From: Leptolyngbyaceae cyanobacterium
Lineage (GTDB): Bacteria; Cyanobacteriota; Cyanobacteriia; Phormidesmidales; Phormidesmidaceae
NCBI GenBank assembly: GCA_050331235.1
Contig: JBHJHA010000036.1
Location: 49,621-113,620, forward strand
Length of the DNA: 64,000 nt
Reading direction: 5' to 3'
Shown piece after piece: positions 31,570-42,086 of the stretch (position 1 is its first letter; every line of letters starts with the position of its first letter). A model generated the notes under the pieces. The model worked only from the letters and a program-made list of their open reading frames with translations, was not told where the DNA came from and made no database searches. The position numbers and the translations under genes are program-made.

Positions 31570-32226
31570 CTAGGTAGCAGAAGTATCGCCCCAAATCTGC
31601 TCAAGGCGCTGGTCACGTCCGCAGGCAAACCGATAGATTTTGTACCGAGTGGAGTGGGTCTTGTAATAGTTTTGGTGATAATCTTCCGCAGGATAAAAAT
31701 CCGAAGCTGGCAAAATCTCCGTTGCAATATCCTGATCGAACTTTTCTGCTGCTAACGCTTCCTTAGAATTGCGGGCCGCTGCCGCCTGCTGTGAGTCTTG
31801 ATAAAAGATAGCCGAACGGTACTGGCTCCCCTTGTCGCAAAATTGCCCCCGATCATCAACGGGATCGACATTGCGCCAAAACACCTCTAGCAGCTTTTCA
31901 TAGCTGACTTGTGACGGGTTATAAGTGACTTTGACGGCTTCAAAGTGGCCAGTTCCACCATTGGAAACCTGCTCATAAGTAGGATTTTCGACTGTCCCTC
32001 CGATATAGCCAGAGGTCGTATCGGTGACACCGGATAACTCATCAAAGGGCTTTTCCATACACCAGAAACAGCCGCCCGCAAAAATGGCTGAGGTGGTTTC
32101 TGCTATTGTCGTGGCTACTGGCAAAGCGCCATCTGAGCTGCTGTGATTGGCTGCACAGGCGGGAGCTGTGAAACTCATCGCAAAGCTAAAAATGCAGAGC
32201 AGCAGACTGATCCAACGATGTTTCAT
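31570..32226 (-). CDS. msrA: Peptide-methionine (S)-S-oxide reductase with an N-terminal signal peptide
   Basis: FAGGCFWC, GHFEAV, QYRSAIF and AEDYHQ.Y; hydrophobic N-terminus. Confidence 0.93.
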   Translation of the reverse strand: MKHRWISLLLCIFSFAMSFTAPACAANHSSSDGALPVATTIAETTSAIFAGGCFWCMEKPFDELSGVTDTTSGYIGGTVENPTYEQVSNGGTGHFEAVKVTYNPSQVSYEKLLEVFWRNVDPVDDRGQFCDKGSQYRSAIFYQDSQQAAAARNSKEALAAEKFDQDIATEILPASDFYPAEDYHQNYYKTHSTRYKIYRFACGRDQRLEQIWGDTSAT

Positions 32227-32545
32227 GACCTACAAGCAAAACTCATCTGAATAAACCATGACATATTTCTCCAGGGCTGGAGCGGGTCTGAAGTAAGAAA
32301 ACAGTGAGAACAGGCTGAGGAAGTGACTAGTCGGCTTCGGTCTCGGAGAGCCAGTTCTGGGTGACATGACAGAACCAAGCAAGGTGCGCTCTCAAAAGCT
32401 GCCGATCTCTACATTGAGGCTGAAGATCTTAGAACTGTTCTTAGCCGTCTTGATCAATCGTGAACCCCGTCATCACGCAATCCGAGCGGTAGCAAGTGCT
32501 CAAAAGTCTCAGCCTAAAGGGGGCGTATCAAGCTGATTGGGCCAA

Positions 32546-33712
32546 TCAATTAGACTTGAGGGCGGCCTGCACTGCCTGACGCTGGTTGCGGCGCGTAATC
32601 CACCGATGATAAGTCCGATTATGAATGGCAACGGAGTGTCCCATCATACGAGCGGCGACGGTATCGGGTAAACCCAGCAGAATCGTTCGCACGGCCCAGG
32701 CATGGCGCAGATCGTAGGGGGCAAAGGGAATTCTATAGCGATGAAATTGGAGCGTCACTTGCTGGCCGATGCGTTGCAGGGTGGTTTGGGTCAAGTTGGT
32801 TTCGAGGTTGGGCAAAGACAGATCTCGCAGACCAAACTCCTCAACCCACTGAGGAGGAAACGGCCAGACATCGTGGGCTCCAGTTTTGGTGGTCTCTAGG
32901 ACTTCGATCGCCGACTCTGGGTCGCCGTTCGTCAGGGTGCTGTAGTCGCAAAAGAATACTTCGTGATTCCGTAGTCCGTAGGTTGCCATCAGACCGTAAA
33001 CGAATTGCCAAGCGGGATTCGGAATGCGATGAAACCATTCCACGATGAGGTCATCGGTGGGTAACTGGCGGGCCTGGGTGTGGCCGCTGCCGTACTTACC
33101 CCATAGGGTTTTGAGGTCGGTGGGCAGCTCCAGAGAGAGAAATTTGGCAAAGGCCTCCATCGCGGTGCAGCAAACTTGGCGGCTGCGGGAGTGGGCCTGG
33201 GTTGCCTTGACGGTCGCCACGATCGCCTCTGGCAAACTCAGATTAGGTCGGCGATCGCTCAAGACCCTCAACTTCCGGAGGTAGGGAGCATAGGCTTTAT
33301 CCCAGGTGGATTGGACGGAGGCGGGATGTTTGTCAGGGTCGGCCTGCCCTGTGGCCAGGTAGTGAGCCTCAAAGGCAGCCACTTGGTCTCCTAATTCAGC
33401 CGAACTAAGTCGGGGGCCAGAGTCGCTCAGATACCGACGCCAGTCGAACGTCTTTTCGATCAGTTTGGCGGCGATGACCTTGGCTTCCTGCTCGGCCTGC
33501 TTAAGTCCGCTCTTTGTTGCTGGCAGCTTGAGGGGAATACGCTGCTGATAGGAGTGGGTGCGATCGCTCCCAGGTCGGGGGGGTAAGGTTCCGCGAAGGG
33601 CCAATGTATCACCGCGACGTTCAATTTTGAGACCTAAGCGGGCGGCTTTAAGGCGAGCATTGACTGTTTTTAAAGGAGCATCGAGGGAATGAGTCATAAG
33701 AACGTCAAACAA
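32546..33712 (-). CDS. Tyrosine recombinase/site-specific integrase (conserved cyanobacterial type)
   Basis: TYGLRNHE, TKTG, YDLRHAWA, MGHS..IH..TY; N-terminal LALRGTLPP arm-type domain. Confidence 0.88.
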   Translation of the reverse strand: MFDVLMTHSLDAPLKTVNARLKAARLGLKIERRGDTLALRGTLPPRPGSDRTHSYQQRIPLKLPATKSGLKQAEQEAKVIAAKLIEKTFDWRRYLSDSGPRLSSAELGDQVAAFEAHYLATGQADPDKHPASVQSTWDKAYAPYLRKLRVLSDRRPNLSLPEAIVATVKATQAHSRSRQVCCTAMEAFAKFLSLELPTDLKTLWGKYGSGHTQARQLPTDDLIVEWFHRIPNPAWQFVYGLMATYGLRNHEVFFCDYSTLTNGDPESAIEVLETTKTGAHDVWPFPPQWVEEFGLRDLSLPNLETNLTQTTLQRIGQQVTLQFHRYRIPFAPYDLRHAWAVRTILLGLPDTVAARMMGHSVAIHNRTYHRWITRRNQRQAVQAALKSN

Positions 33713-33817
33713 GGGCGGGCTGAAGCCGCTTAGAGATCCCGCAAAACTGTAGAATAAATCTTGCGAATATTACTCTTTTAGCAATCAGCGCACTTAAGCA
33801 TAGGAGATGCAGTCAAT

Positions 33818-33922
33818 ATGGGCGGCGAGATTTTTAGTACAGCCATTCTAATCTTTGTGCTCACCTTGGTGGGCCTGGGAGTCGGATTTCTCATGCTGCG
33901 TTTGCAGGGCGGCGAAGAGTAA
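33818..33922 (+). CDS. petM: Cytochrome b6f subunit VII (absent from the ORF track)
   Basis: Manual translation MGGEIFSTAILIFVLTLVGLGVGFLMLRLQGGEE*, with AGGAG upstream and ycf39 downstream. Confidence 0.92.
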   Translation: MGGEIFSTAILIFVLTLVGLGVGFLMLRLQGGEE

Positions 33923-34011
33923 ACTCTCGAAAACCCCAGGTCGGACAGATGAGACACCTGGGGTTGATCTGGTATGGTTGAAAGAACGTAAATTTTTGTT
34001 TCTAATTTTTC

Positions 34012-34968
34012 ATGAAACTTTTGGTCATCGGTGCCACCGGCACGCTGGGCAGGCAAATCGTTCGGCGAGCGCTGGACGAAGGGCATGAGGTGCAGTGCTT
34101 CGTCCGTAGTTTTCAGCGGGGTGCCTTTCTGCGCGAGTGGGGAGCCCAACTGTTGCGGGGTAACCTGTGTGCCGCGGCGACTCTACCTCCAGCTCTGGAG
34201 GGGGTAGATGCAGTGATCGATGCGGCGACGGCGCGACCGGCAGATGCGATCGACCAAGTGGATTGGGATGGCAAGGTTAGTCTAATCAAAGCGGCCAAAG
34301 CAGCGGGTATTAGCCGCTTTATCTTTTTCTCAATCTTGAATGCAGAAAACTATCCCGATGTGCCGCTGATGACAATTAAGGCTTGTACGGAGAAGTTTCT
34401 GCAAGAATCGGAATTAGATTACACCATTTTGCGGCCCTGTGGCTTTTTGCAAGGGCTGATCGGCCAGTATGCAATTCCGATCTTAGAAAAGCAGGGCATT
34501 TGGGTGATGAATGGCGCAGCGCCGATCGCGTACATGAATACCCAGGATATTGCTCGTTTTGCAGTTGCCTCGCTGGATAACCCAGATACCATTCAAAAAA
34601 CCTTTCCGTTGGCGGGGAGCCGTCCTTGGGAAGCCAATGAGATTATTCGTTTGTGTGAGCGGTTGACAGGGCAAGATGCCAGGGTTTCTCGTATGCCGTT
34701 AGGTCTTTTGCGCACGGTTAAAAAAGGTCTATCCTATTTTGAATGGGGCTGGAACATTGCTGACCGGCTAGCTTTTACGGAGGTGGTTGCTGGTTCTGAG
34801 CCGTTGTCGGCACCAATGGATGAGGTGTATGGGACCTTTCACATCAATCCTGAGGAGATGACGACTGTTGAGGAGTATCTCGGCGAATACTTTGGCCGCA
34901 TTATGAAAAAACTCAAGGAACTCGACTACGATCGCGAGAAAGCCAGCAAAAAGAAGCTGCCCTTTTAG
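34012..34968 (+). CDS. ycf39: Ycf39-like atypical SDR / NAD(P)-binding protein
   Basis: GATGTLGRQ, FLREWGA, QGLIGQYAIPILE and YMNTQD. Confidence 0.88.
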   Translation: MKLLVIGATGTLGRQIVRRALDEGHEVQCFVRSFQRGAFLREWGAQLLRGNLCAAATLPPALEGVDAVIDAATARPADAIDQVDWDGKVSLIKAAKAAGISRFIFFSILNAENYPDVPLMTIKACTEKFLQESELDYTILRPCGFLQGLIGQYAIPILEKQGIWVMNGAAPIAYMNTQDIARFAVASLDNPDTIQKTFPLAGSRPWEANEIIRLCERLTGQDARVSRMPLGLLRTVKKGLSYFEWGWNIADRLAFTEVVAGSEPLSAPMDEVYGTFHINPEEMTTVEEYLGEYFGRIMKKLKELDYDREKASKKKLPF

Positions 34969-34984
34969 GCCGGTGGCAAGCTGA

Positions 34985-35584
34985 ATGTCACAGAACCCTG
35001 ACCGTTCTCCTGACGATGTTATTACCCAAGCGTTACAGGGTTTCACCCAAACCGGGGCTCAGCGACCGGATGGCAAAGTCCTCACTGCAGCGCTGCTGGA
35101 GTTAGAACGGAGCGCGAAGCAGGCGCGACAAATGGTGACAGCAGATGAACTGTTAGGCCGATGGCGGCTTTGTTTTACTGCATCTAAAAAGGCTAAGTTC
35201 AAGGCAGGACAGCCTATCGGTAGCGGATTTTATATTCCTAAGTTGGCGATCGCTCAGCTCGCCTTTGCCCCCTATCCCGAACGCGAAGGGCTGTTCCAGA
35301 TTACCAATCAGCTCCATGTTGGGCCGCTCAAGCTGCAATTTACCGGCCCGGCCCGCCGTTGTGATGGCAAAAATCTATTGGCCTTTGACTTCACCCGCTT
35401 ACTGGTTACCGGATTTGGTTTACCGATTTATCGAGGCGCTGTCGGCCAGCGGCGATCTGGGAATCAAGACTTTCAAGACATGGCGATCGCCAAACTGCCC
35501 TTTTTTGCCTTTTTTGCCGCTACCGAGCAGTACATTGCTGCTCGCGGTCGAGGCGGCGGCCTTGCCCTTTGGCAGCGGGTGTAA
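34985..35584 (+). CDS. Hypothetical protein (PAP/fibrillin-like)
   Basis: LLGRWRLCF, LAFDF and AARGRGGGLALW. Confidence 0.7.
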   Translation: MSQNPDRSPDDVITQALQGFTQTGAQRPDGKVLTAALLELERSAKQARQMVTADELLGRWRLCFTASKKAKFKAGQPIGSGFYIPKLAIAQLAFAPYPEREGLFQITNQLHVGPLKLQFTGPARRCDGKNLLAFDFTRLLVTGFGLPIYRGAVGQRRSGNQDFQDMAIAKLPFFAFFAATEQYIAARGRGGGLALWQRV

Positions 35585-35602
35585 GGAGCCGCGAGCGGCG
35601 AA

Positions 35603-36466
35603 TTAGAGCAGGTTGAGCAGGCTCTCTACAGCTGGTGATGGATTGGCCCACACCAGCTCGTAGTTGAGCTCGAAACATGGTGATTGCTCCAGCACTGTTA
35701 CTCCTGGATAGGTTAATCCTGGTACCACGGGGGCATTTCCTACCCCCACCCCTGCTGCCACCATCGCCAACGTATCCGACAGCGTCGAAACATCGATCGC
35801 AATGCGCGGCTCGAAGCCGACCTCGGCGGCATAGCGTCGATAGGCATCGTAAATAATCGGCTGGCGATCGCGGGCTGGCAAAATCAGCGGATAGTGCGCT
35901 AGATCAGCTAGGCTCACTGAGGGTTTGGCTTCCAGAGGGTGTCCCCAGGGCACCAGTACTGACATGGGAACGGTGCCCAAATAGTGCCGTTCGAGTCCCT
36001 CAGGAATCGAAATCTTCCACGCGATCGCCACATCGATGTCGTTGTTGGTAAGGGCCGATCCTAGCGATCGTTCATCAATTTGGCACAGGACGACGCGAGT
36101 CTCGGGGTGAGCCTGCTTAAATTTGGCGATAAGTTGGCCAAACAGGGGTTGGGCTGTACAGATATTGAGTCCTATCGTGAGGGCATCGATGCCATTAATG
36201 ACGCCCGTTTGTGCAGCCCGCACAGCCATGTCGGCATAGGCAACAGCTTTTCGCGCCGAATTGAGAAAGCCCCGACCCGCATTGGTCAGAGACACGTCGC
36301 GGGAAGTCCGGTTAAGCAGTTTGACCCCTAAGTCAGCTTCTAGGTCGCTGAGTAGTCGACTCATCGCTGGCTGTGATATGCCGCATTGATGGGCGGCTCG
36401 CCCAAAGTGCAATTCCTCTGCGAGAACGATGAAAGCGCTCAGGGTTTTGAGATTCATTAATGACAA
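35603..36466 (-). CDS. LysR-family transcriptional regulator
   Basis: LAEELHFGRAA...SQPAMSR...LE..LGV.L..RT HTH; divergent from the RND operon. Confidence 0.93.
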   Translation of the reverse strand: MSLMNLKTLSAFIVLAEELHFGRAAHQCGISQPAMSRLLSDLEADLGVKLLNRTSRDVSLTNAGRGFLNSARKAVAYADMAVRAAQTGVINGIDALTIGLNICTAQPLFGQLIAKFKQAHPETRVVLCQIDERSLGSALTNNDIDVAIAWKISIPEGLERHYLGTVPMSVLVPWGHPLEAKPSVSLADLAHYPLILPARDRQPIIYDAYRRYAAEVGFEPRIAIDVSTLSDTLAMVAAGVGVGNAPVVPGLTYPGVTVLEQSPCFELNYELVWANPSPAVESLLNLL

Positions 36467-36746
36467 TTTGGTTATGGTTGAATGAGTATTTCATATTGGT
36501 TTTATTATTAATATCATGTTACTTATGGATAAGTCAGGTTTCGATGTGGTGCAGGCTTAGCTCTGGGCCGGCTACTTGAGGGCGAGTTTCATGCTGCTAA
36601 GGTTGTGGACCTGTCATTCCCACGGGATAACACCGCCCGTAAACGGTGTCTGTGGCTGTTCGCCAGGGATGATGAGGCCGTTGCTTGGGTGGCTTAGCCG
36701 ATCCGGTGGGCTAGCTAGTGTTGATTTTCATGGTTGGAAAAGTGCT

Positions 36747-38096
36747 ATGGCTATCCTCTCCCAGTCAGAAGACTCCCCCAAAGCTGCCACAGTTGTTCAG
36801 TCAACCAGACACCGGAAGTCGATGAGTTCGCGGTGGCTGCTCAGCGTGGGCGTTCTTGGGGGGCTGCTGCTTGTAGGCGTGCCGCTGCTCTATGGCCGTT
36901 TGACCGCGACCAATGCCGCCGCTGAACCGACTGATCTGGCCCCGGCTTTGACAGTAGACACTTTAACCGTAGCGACCGTGGACAATTACGAAGTGGCGCG
37001 AGCCTACACCGGCGAGATTGCGGCGTTGCGCAGCAGTGAGCTGGGCTTTAGTCGCGGTGGGGAGCTAGTGCAGATTATGGTCGAAGAGGGCGATCGCGTA
37101 ACCGCGGGACAGGCCCTCGCCCGATTGGACACCCAGAACTTGATGGCCCAGCGGCAGCAACTCGAAGCCCAAAAGCTCGAAGCTGAAGCCCGACTGCTAG
37201 AGCTACAGCGCGGGGCCCGACAGGAAGATATTGCCGCAGCACGGGCTGCCGTGCAGGATGTGGAAAATCAACTTCGACTCCAGGAGCGACAGCGATCGCG
37301 CCGCGAATATCTTTACGAGGAAGGGGCCATTTCTCGGGAGCAGCTAGACGAATTTGCCTTCGGTGCGGCAACCCTAGAAGCTCGATTAGACCAAGCCCAA
37401 AGCAACCTTGACGAGCTGCTCAATGGCACTCGACCAGAGCAGGTGACCGCGCAGCAAGCTGTGGTGCAACAGCTCGCTGCCAGCATTGCAGACCTGGATG
37501 TCAGTTTGGACAAAAGTACGCTCAAAGCTCCATTTGGCGGCGTGGTGGCGGCCCAAGTACTGGATGAAGGGGCTGTGGTCGGGGCGGGGCAAACGGTGGT
37601 TCGCCTGATTGAAAATGGGGCCCCCGAAGCTCGTATCGGTTTGCCAGAGGCAGCCGCCAGTCGATTACCCGTGGGCACGCCCGTCACGGTGACGCTGAGC
37701 CGCGATCGCTACGACGCTACGGTGAAATCGGTTCTACCAGAGATTGATCCCAACACCCGTACGCAGATGATTGTCTTTCAGCTAGAGCCAGCGGCTCTAG
37801 CTACGGTCAATCCAGGGCAGACAGTGCGGGTAGAGCTGACGGAAACCATTGACCAGCCAGGAATTTGGTTGCCCATAGCGGCCATGACCCAAGATCTGCG
37901 AGGCCTCTGGAGTGTGTACACCTTGCTCCCGGCGGAGGCGTCTGACGGGTATGAAGTCCAGCCCCAAGCGGTGGAGATTTTGCATCAGGAAAGTGATCGC
38001 GCCTTGGTCCGCGGTACCCTCCAAACGGGCGATCGGATTGTGGTAAACGGCGTGCACCGCCTCGTCCCCGGTCAGCAGGTGCAACCGTTCAACTGA
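36747..38096 (+). CDS. RND efflux periplasmic adaptor (MFP) subunit
   Basis: N-terminal TM, V.EGDRV..GQ.LA.LD, coiled coil and LKAPFGGVV; likely ATG at 36747. Confidence 0.9.
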   Translation: MAILSQSEDSPKAATVVQSTRHRKSMSSRWLLSVGVLGGLLLVGVPLLYGRLTATNAAAEPTDLAPALTVDTLTVATVDNYEVARAYTGEIAALRSSELGFSRGGELVQIMVEEGDRVTAGQALARLDTQNLMAQRQQLEAQKLEAEARLLELQRGARQEDIAAARAAVQDVENQLRLQERQRSRREYLYEEGAISREQLDEFAFGAATLEARLDQAQSNLDELLNGTRPEQVTAQQAVVQQLAASIADLDVSLDKSTLKAPFGGVVAAQVLDEGAVVGAGQTVVRLIENGAPEARIGLPEAAASRLPVGTPVTVTLSRDRYDATVKSVLPEIDPNTRTQMIVFQLEPAALATVNPGQTVRVELTETIDQPGIWLPIAAMTQDLRGLWSVYTLLPAEASDGYEVQPQAVEILHQESDRALVRGTLQTGDRIVVNGVHRLVPGQQVQPFN

Positions 38097-38143
38097 TGTG
38101 CTGTTTGTTCGGATTTTTCTGAGTTTTTTACTTCCTTCTCACC

Positions 38144-41100
38144 ATGGTTCGCCCCTTTTTTACGAATCTCCGTCTGCTGGTCTTGACCATCATTTTGATT
38201 TTGGGGTGGGGCCTCTCCTCCTATCAGTCACTGCCGCGCCAGGAAGATCCCCAACTGGTTTCCCGAGTGGCTGTGATTACCACTGCATTTCCGGGAGCCA
38301 ATGCTGAACGGGTAGAGGCACTCGTAACCACTGTTTTGGAAGAGGAGCTAGCGGAGATTGAGGAAATACACGTCATTGCGTCTGATTCCCGAGTGGGGTT
38401 CTCCTCCGTCACCGTAGAGCTGGATGAATCGATTGATCAGGTGCAGCCGGTTTGGTCCAAGGTGCGGGATGAAATGGACGATGCGGCCCGATTGTTTCCC
38501 GCTGGCGCGGCCGAATCCGAGATTTCTGAAGTATTGGTGAAAGCCTATACCTATGTGGCGTCGGTGACATGGCGTTTACCCGGTGAGCCTAACTATGCCA
38601 TCCTGCGCCGTTATGCAGACGAGCTCGGCGTTGTGCTGCGCGGCGTTGAGGGCACTGAGGAGGTCGACTTTTTCGGTAACCCCGATGAAGAAATCTTGGT
38701 GGAAATCAGCGCCCCTGACCTGGTAGGAGTGGGACTCTCGCCCCAAGGACTTGCCGACCAGGTGCAACTCAGCGATGTCAAGGACAGTGCCGGTCAGGTG
38801 CGGACCCCTGATGAGACGTTCGCGATTGAGGTAGACAGCGAGCTAGCCGCCTTGGAACAGATTCGTCAGCTTCCCGTACAGACAGACAACGGCCAGTTTA
38901 CCCGACTGGGGGATATCGCTCAGGTCACCCGCGGGGTGAGGGAACCGCTGAGTAGTGTAGCGATGATCGATGGCCAACCGGCGGTGGTGGTGGGGGTGAT
39001 GATGCAGTCGGGTTTGCGCATTGACCAGTGGGCGGCCACTGCTCGCGCGGCGGTGGCAGATTTTCGCGAAGGTTTACCAGCTGGGGTCACCCTGGACATT
39101 ATTTTTGACCAGAGTCGTTACGTTGAAAATCGCATCAGTTCACTGATGGTGAATTTGGTACTGAGCGCGTTACTTGTCTTTAGCGTGACCCTCGTCGCGA
39201 TGGGCTGGCGGGCAGCCTTGGTGGTGGGGACGGCGTTACCCTTTACCATTTTTGCGGTCTTTGGCTGGATGACGGTTTTTGGCATTCCGATTCATCAGAT
39301 GTCGGTCACAGGACTGATCATTGCCTTGGGATTGCTGATTGACAATGCGATCGTGGTGGTCGATGAAATTCGCGCTGAACTCGACCACGGTATTGAACCG
39401 CTACGGGCCGCAACTAAGGCGGTGCGCTATCTGCGAGTACCACTCCTAGCCTCTACTGCAACAACGGTGCTCACTTTTTTGCCGATTTACTTGCTGCCGG
39501 GGTCGGCGGGGGAGTTTGTGGGCTCGATCGCGCTGGGCGTAATTTTGGCACTGCTCTCTTCCCTGGCGATTTCCTTAACGATGATTGCTGCCTTGGCCGC
39601 GCGGGCCTTGTCGCCGTCTGCAACCGATCCCCAGAGTAGAACAGGTCTGTGGGGACGACTGGCTCGATTTTTGCATCGGCCAGGTACTTGGTGGAGCGAA
39701 GGCCTATCGCTGCCGCGATTGACCCGCCTATATCAGTGGTCACTGCGGCGAGCCACAACTCGTCCTCTACTGGCGATCGCCTTCACACTAGCCATTTCCC
39801 TCGTGGGGTTCATCTCTGCTAGCACCTTGGAAAATCAGTTTTTTCCCCTGCTTAATCGTGACCAGTTTCACATTGAAATGGAGTTTGCTGCCCAAACTTC
39901 CATTGAGGAAACCCGGCAGCAAGTATTGAGAGCCCGGGAGGTGATTTTGCAGCATGAGAACGTCGAAGCGGTGTATTGGTTTGTGGGGGAAAGCGCCCCC
40001 CGGTTTTATTACAACCTCCAGGGCGATCGCCGCAATCAGCCTTACTACGCCCAGGCGATGGTGCAGCTCAAATCTGAGACTGGCCTGGAACCGTTAGTCC
40101 GTACCGTGCAGCAAGAGCTGGCGCAGCAGTTTCCAGCGGCTCGCGTCATGGCCCAAAAGTTTCAGCAGGGGCCACCTTTTGATGCGCCGGTAGAGATGCG
40201 CATTTATGGCCCTAACCTGGATGAACTGCGTCGCCTGGGCATAGAGGTGCGTGCCATCATGGCCGAAGTTCCCGATGTCATCGGTGTCCGGGATGACTTG
40301 ACCGAAGGGCAGCCCCAGCTCGCCTTGACCCTAGACGAAGAACAAGTCCGACAAGCCGGACTGACGAACACCGATGTGGCTCAGCAACTCCAGGCTTATT
40401 CCGAAGGGGTGACCGGCGGGGCCATTTTAGAGTCTACAGAAAATTTACCGGTCCGAATCCGGCTGTCCAAGGCTGATCGCGCTAGTTTACAAGCGCTGAT
40501 GTCCCTCGATTTGCGCCCTGAGCAAGCTCAAGATCGCGACTTTCGACCGGTCTCTGCACTGGGTGAGTTTGCCCTCCAGCCTCAGCTTGCAGGCATTGCT
40601 CGGCGCCATGAACAGCGGGTTAACACAGTTCAGGCTTTTATTACGGCAGGGGTGTTGCCTAATACGGTGCTGACAGCTTTACGAGAACGGTTGGCCGCCG
40701 AAAATTTTGAACTCCCGCCGGGATATCGCTATGAGTTTGGCGGTGAATACGAGGACCAAAATACGGCAGTGGGTAACCTGCTGCTGTTTGTCCCCCTCTT
40801 GGTATTGGGGATGGTGACGGCATTGGTGCTATCGCTGGGGTCGTTTCGGCAGGCGGGTATTATTGCGGTGGTGGCCACCGGGTCTATTGGCATGGCGATG
40901 TTGTCGCTGAAGATCTTTGACTCACTCCTGGGCTTTACGGCCATTATTGGCTCGATGGGGTTAGTCGGGGTCGCCATCAATGACTCCATCGTAGTGTTGA
41001 CGGCTTTAAATGATGATCCGGAGGCTAGCCAAGGCATGGCCAAAGGGGTACAGCGGGTAACGCTGCAGGCAACTCGTCACGTATTGACCACTACGGTGAC

Positions 41101-41317
41101 AACGATGGTGGGGTTTGCGCCGCTGCTACTCGATGGTGATCCGTTTTGGCGGCCGTTGGCACTGTCCATTTCTGGAGGCATCGCCGGCGCGACCCTGTTG
41201 GCACTATATTTCGTGCCTGCCGCCTATATGCTGGTGAAGCGAGGCCCCTCTCAGCCGCAATCGCACCCTCCCGCTAAGACCGTTGACCAACGAGTCCCAG
41301 ACCCCGTCCATCACTAA
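38144..41317 (+). CDS. RND efflux permease (AcrB family)
   Basis: 1057 aa; LPRQEDP, FPGA.AE.VE, GLLIDNAIV and R..LTT.TT. Confidence 0.93.
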   Translation: MVRPFFTNLRLLVLTIILILGWGLSSYQSLPRQEDPQLVSRVAVITTAFPGANAERVEALVTTVLEEELAEIEEIHVIASDSRVGFSSVTVELDESIDQVQPVWSKVRDEMDDAARLFPAGAAESEISEVLVKAYTYVASVTWRLPGEPNYAILRRYADELGVVLRGVEGTEEVDFFGNPDEEILVEISAPDLVGVGLSPQGLADQVQLSDVKDSAGQVRTPDETFAIEVDSELAALEQIRQLPVQTDNGQFTRLGDIAQVTRGVREPLSSVAMIDGQPAVVVGVMMQSGLRIDQWAATARAAVADFREGLPAGVTLDIIFDQSRYVENRISSLMVNLVLSALLVFSVTLVAMGWRAALVVGTALPFTIFAVFGWMTVFGIPIHQMSVTGLIIALGLLIDNAIVVVDEIRAELDHGIEPLRAATKAVRYLRVPLLASTATTVLTFLPIYLLPGSAGEFVGSIALGVILALLSSLAISLTMIAALAARALSPSATDPQSRTGLWGRLARFLHRPGTWWSEGLSLPRLTRLYQWSLRRATTRPLLAIAFTLAISLVGFISASTLENQFFPLLNRDQFHIEMEFAAQTSIEETRQQVLRAREVILQHENVEAVYWFVGESAPRFYYNLQGDRRNQPYYAQAMVQLKSETGLEPLVRTVQQELAQQFPAARVMAQKFQQGPPFDAPVEMRIYGPNLDELRRLGIEVRAIMAEVPDVIGVRDDLTEGQPQLALTLDEEQVRQAGLTNTDVAQQLQAYSEGVTGGAILESTENLPVRIRLSKADRASLQALMSLDLRPEQAQDRDFRPVSALGEFALQPQLAGIARRHEQRVNTVQAFITAGVLPNTVLTALRERLAAENFELPPGYRYEFGGEYEDQNTAVGNLLLFVPLLVLGMVTALVLSLGSFRQAGIIAVVATGSIGMAMLSLKIFDSLLGFTAIIGSMGLVGVAINDSIVVLTALNDDPEASQGMAKGVQRVTLQATRHVLTTTVTTMVGFAPLLLDGDPFWRPLALSISGGIAGATLLALYFVPAAYMLVKRGPSQPQSHPPAKTVDQRVPDPVHH

Positions 41318-41430
41318 TGTGCGATCGCGTTAGTAACTGTGAATATTTCCCAGTCCAAGCTAGAGAATCAATTTCAGCTAGTTGTCGCTCGTGGCCCGCG
41401 ACTCTATTTACGCTGTAAAGCATTGGCAAC

Positions 41431-41889
41431 ATGATCATTCGCACAGCTCAGCCGGTGGATATTGAAACGCTGTTCGACATTCGGACAAGCGTGCGCGAAA
41501 ATTACCAATCTCGTGAGGAGATTGCCGCGTTGGGCATTACGCAGCAGTCGATTGCCGACATGCTGGCGATTGACTGCTGTGCTTGGATTGCTGATATCAA
41601 CAATTGTTCAGTAGGGTTTGCCATCGCTAATAGGAGTGATGCCGCAGTTTTTGGCCTCTTTGTACGACCCGAATATGAGGGGAGAGGCATCGGACGGGTA
41701 CTGCTACACATAGCTGAGGACTGGTTATTTGCCCGGGGACACACAGAAATTTGGCTCGTGACGGGCAATGAACCTATGCTGCGAGCATATGGCTTTTATC
41801 TTCATATGGGTTGGCAACCCGCCGGAGTCGTTGCTGCGGGCGACTATGCGGGCGAAATGAAGTTCATCAAGCAGCGACCCCAGACCTGA
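41431..41889 (+). CDS. GNAT-family N-acetyltransferase
   Basis: LFVRPEYEGRGIGR and A.GFY...GW. Confidence 0.9.
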   Translation: MIIRTAQPVDIETLFDIRTSVRENYQSREEIAALGITQQSIADMLAIDCCAWIADINNCSVGFAIANRSDAAVFGLFVRPEYEGRGIGRVLLHIAEDWLFARGHTEIWLVTGNEPMLRAYGFYLHMGWQPAGVVAAGDYAGEMKFIKQRPQT

Positions 41890-42086
41890 TCAACGGTTGG
41901 CGCCAGGGCAGTCATAAACACCGGAACCGTCGGTAAAATGGGATGCAAGGAAATTCGCAGTACCGCCAACTCGGACATTGCGATGTCCGGAGATCATCGC
42001 GAGATCCAAAATTGTAACCGGTAGAAGCAACTGAGCTTTTTCCACTACGATGCCTCTGGAATTCACCCTTTTTTGAGTGCTAAATC

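Noticed and set aside
36576..36746. 57-aa N-terminal extension of the RND adaptor
   Set aside because: Non-protein-like sequence from a TTG start; ATG 36747 is more plausible.
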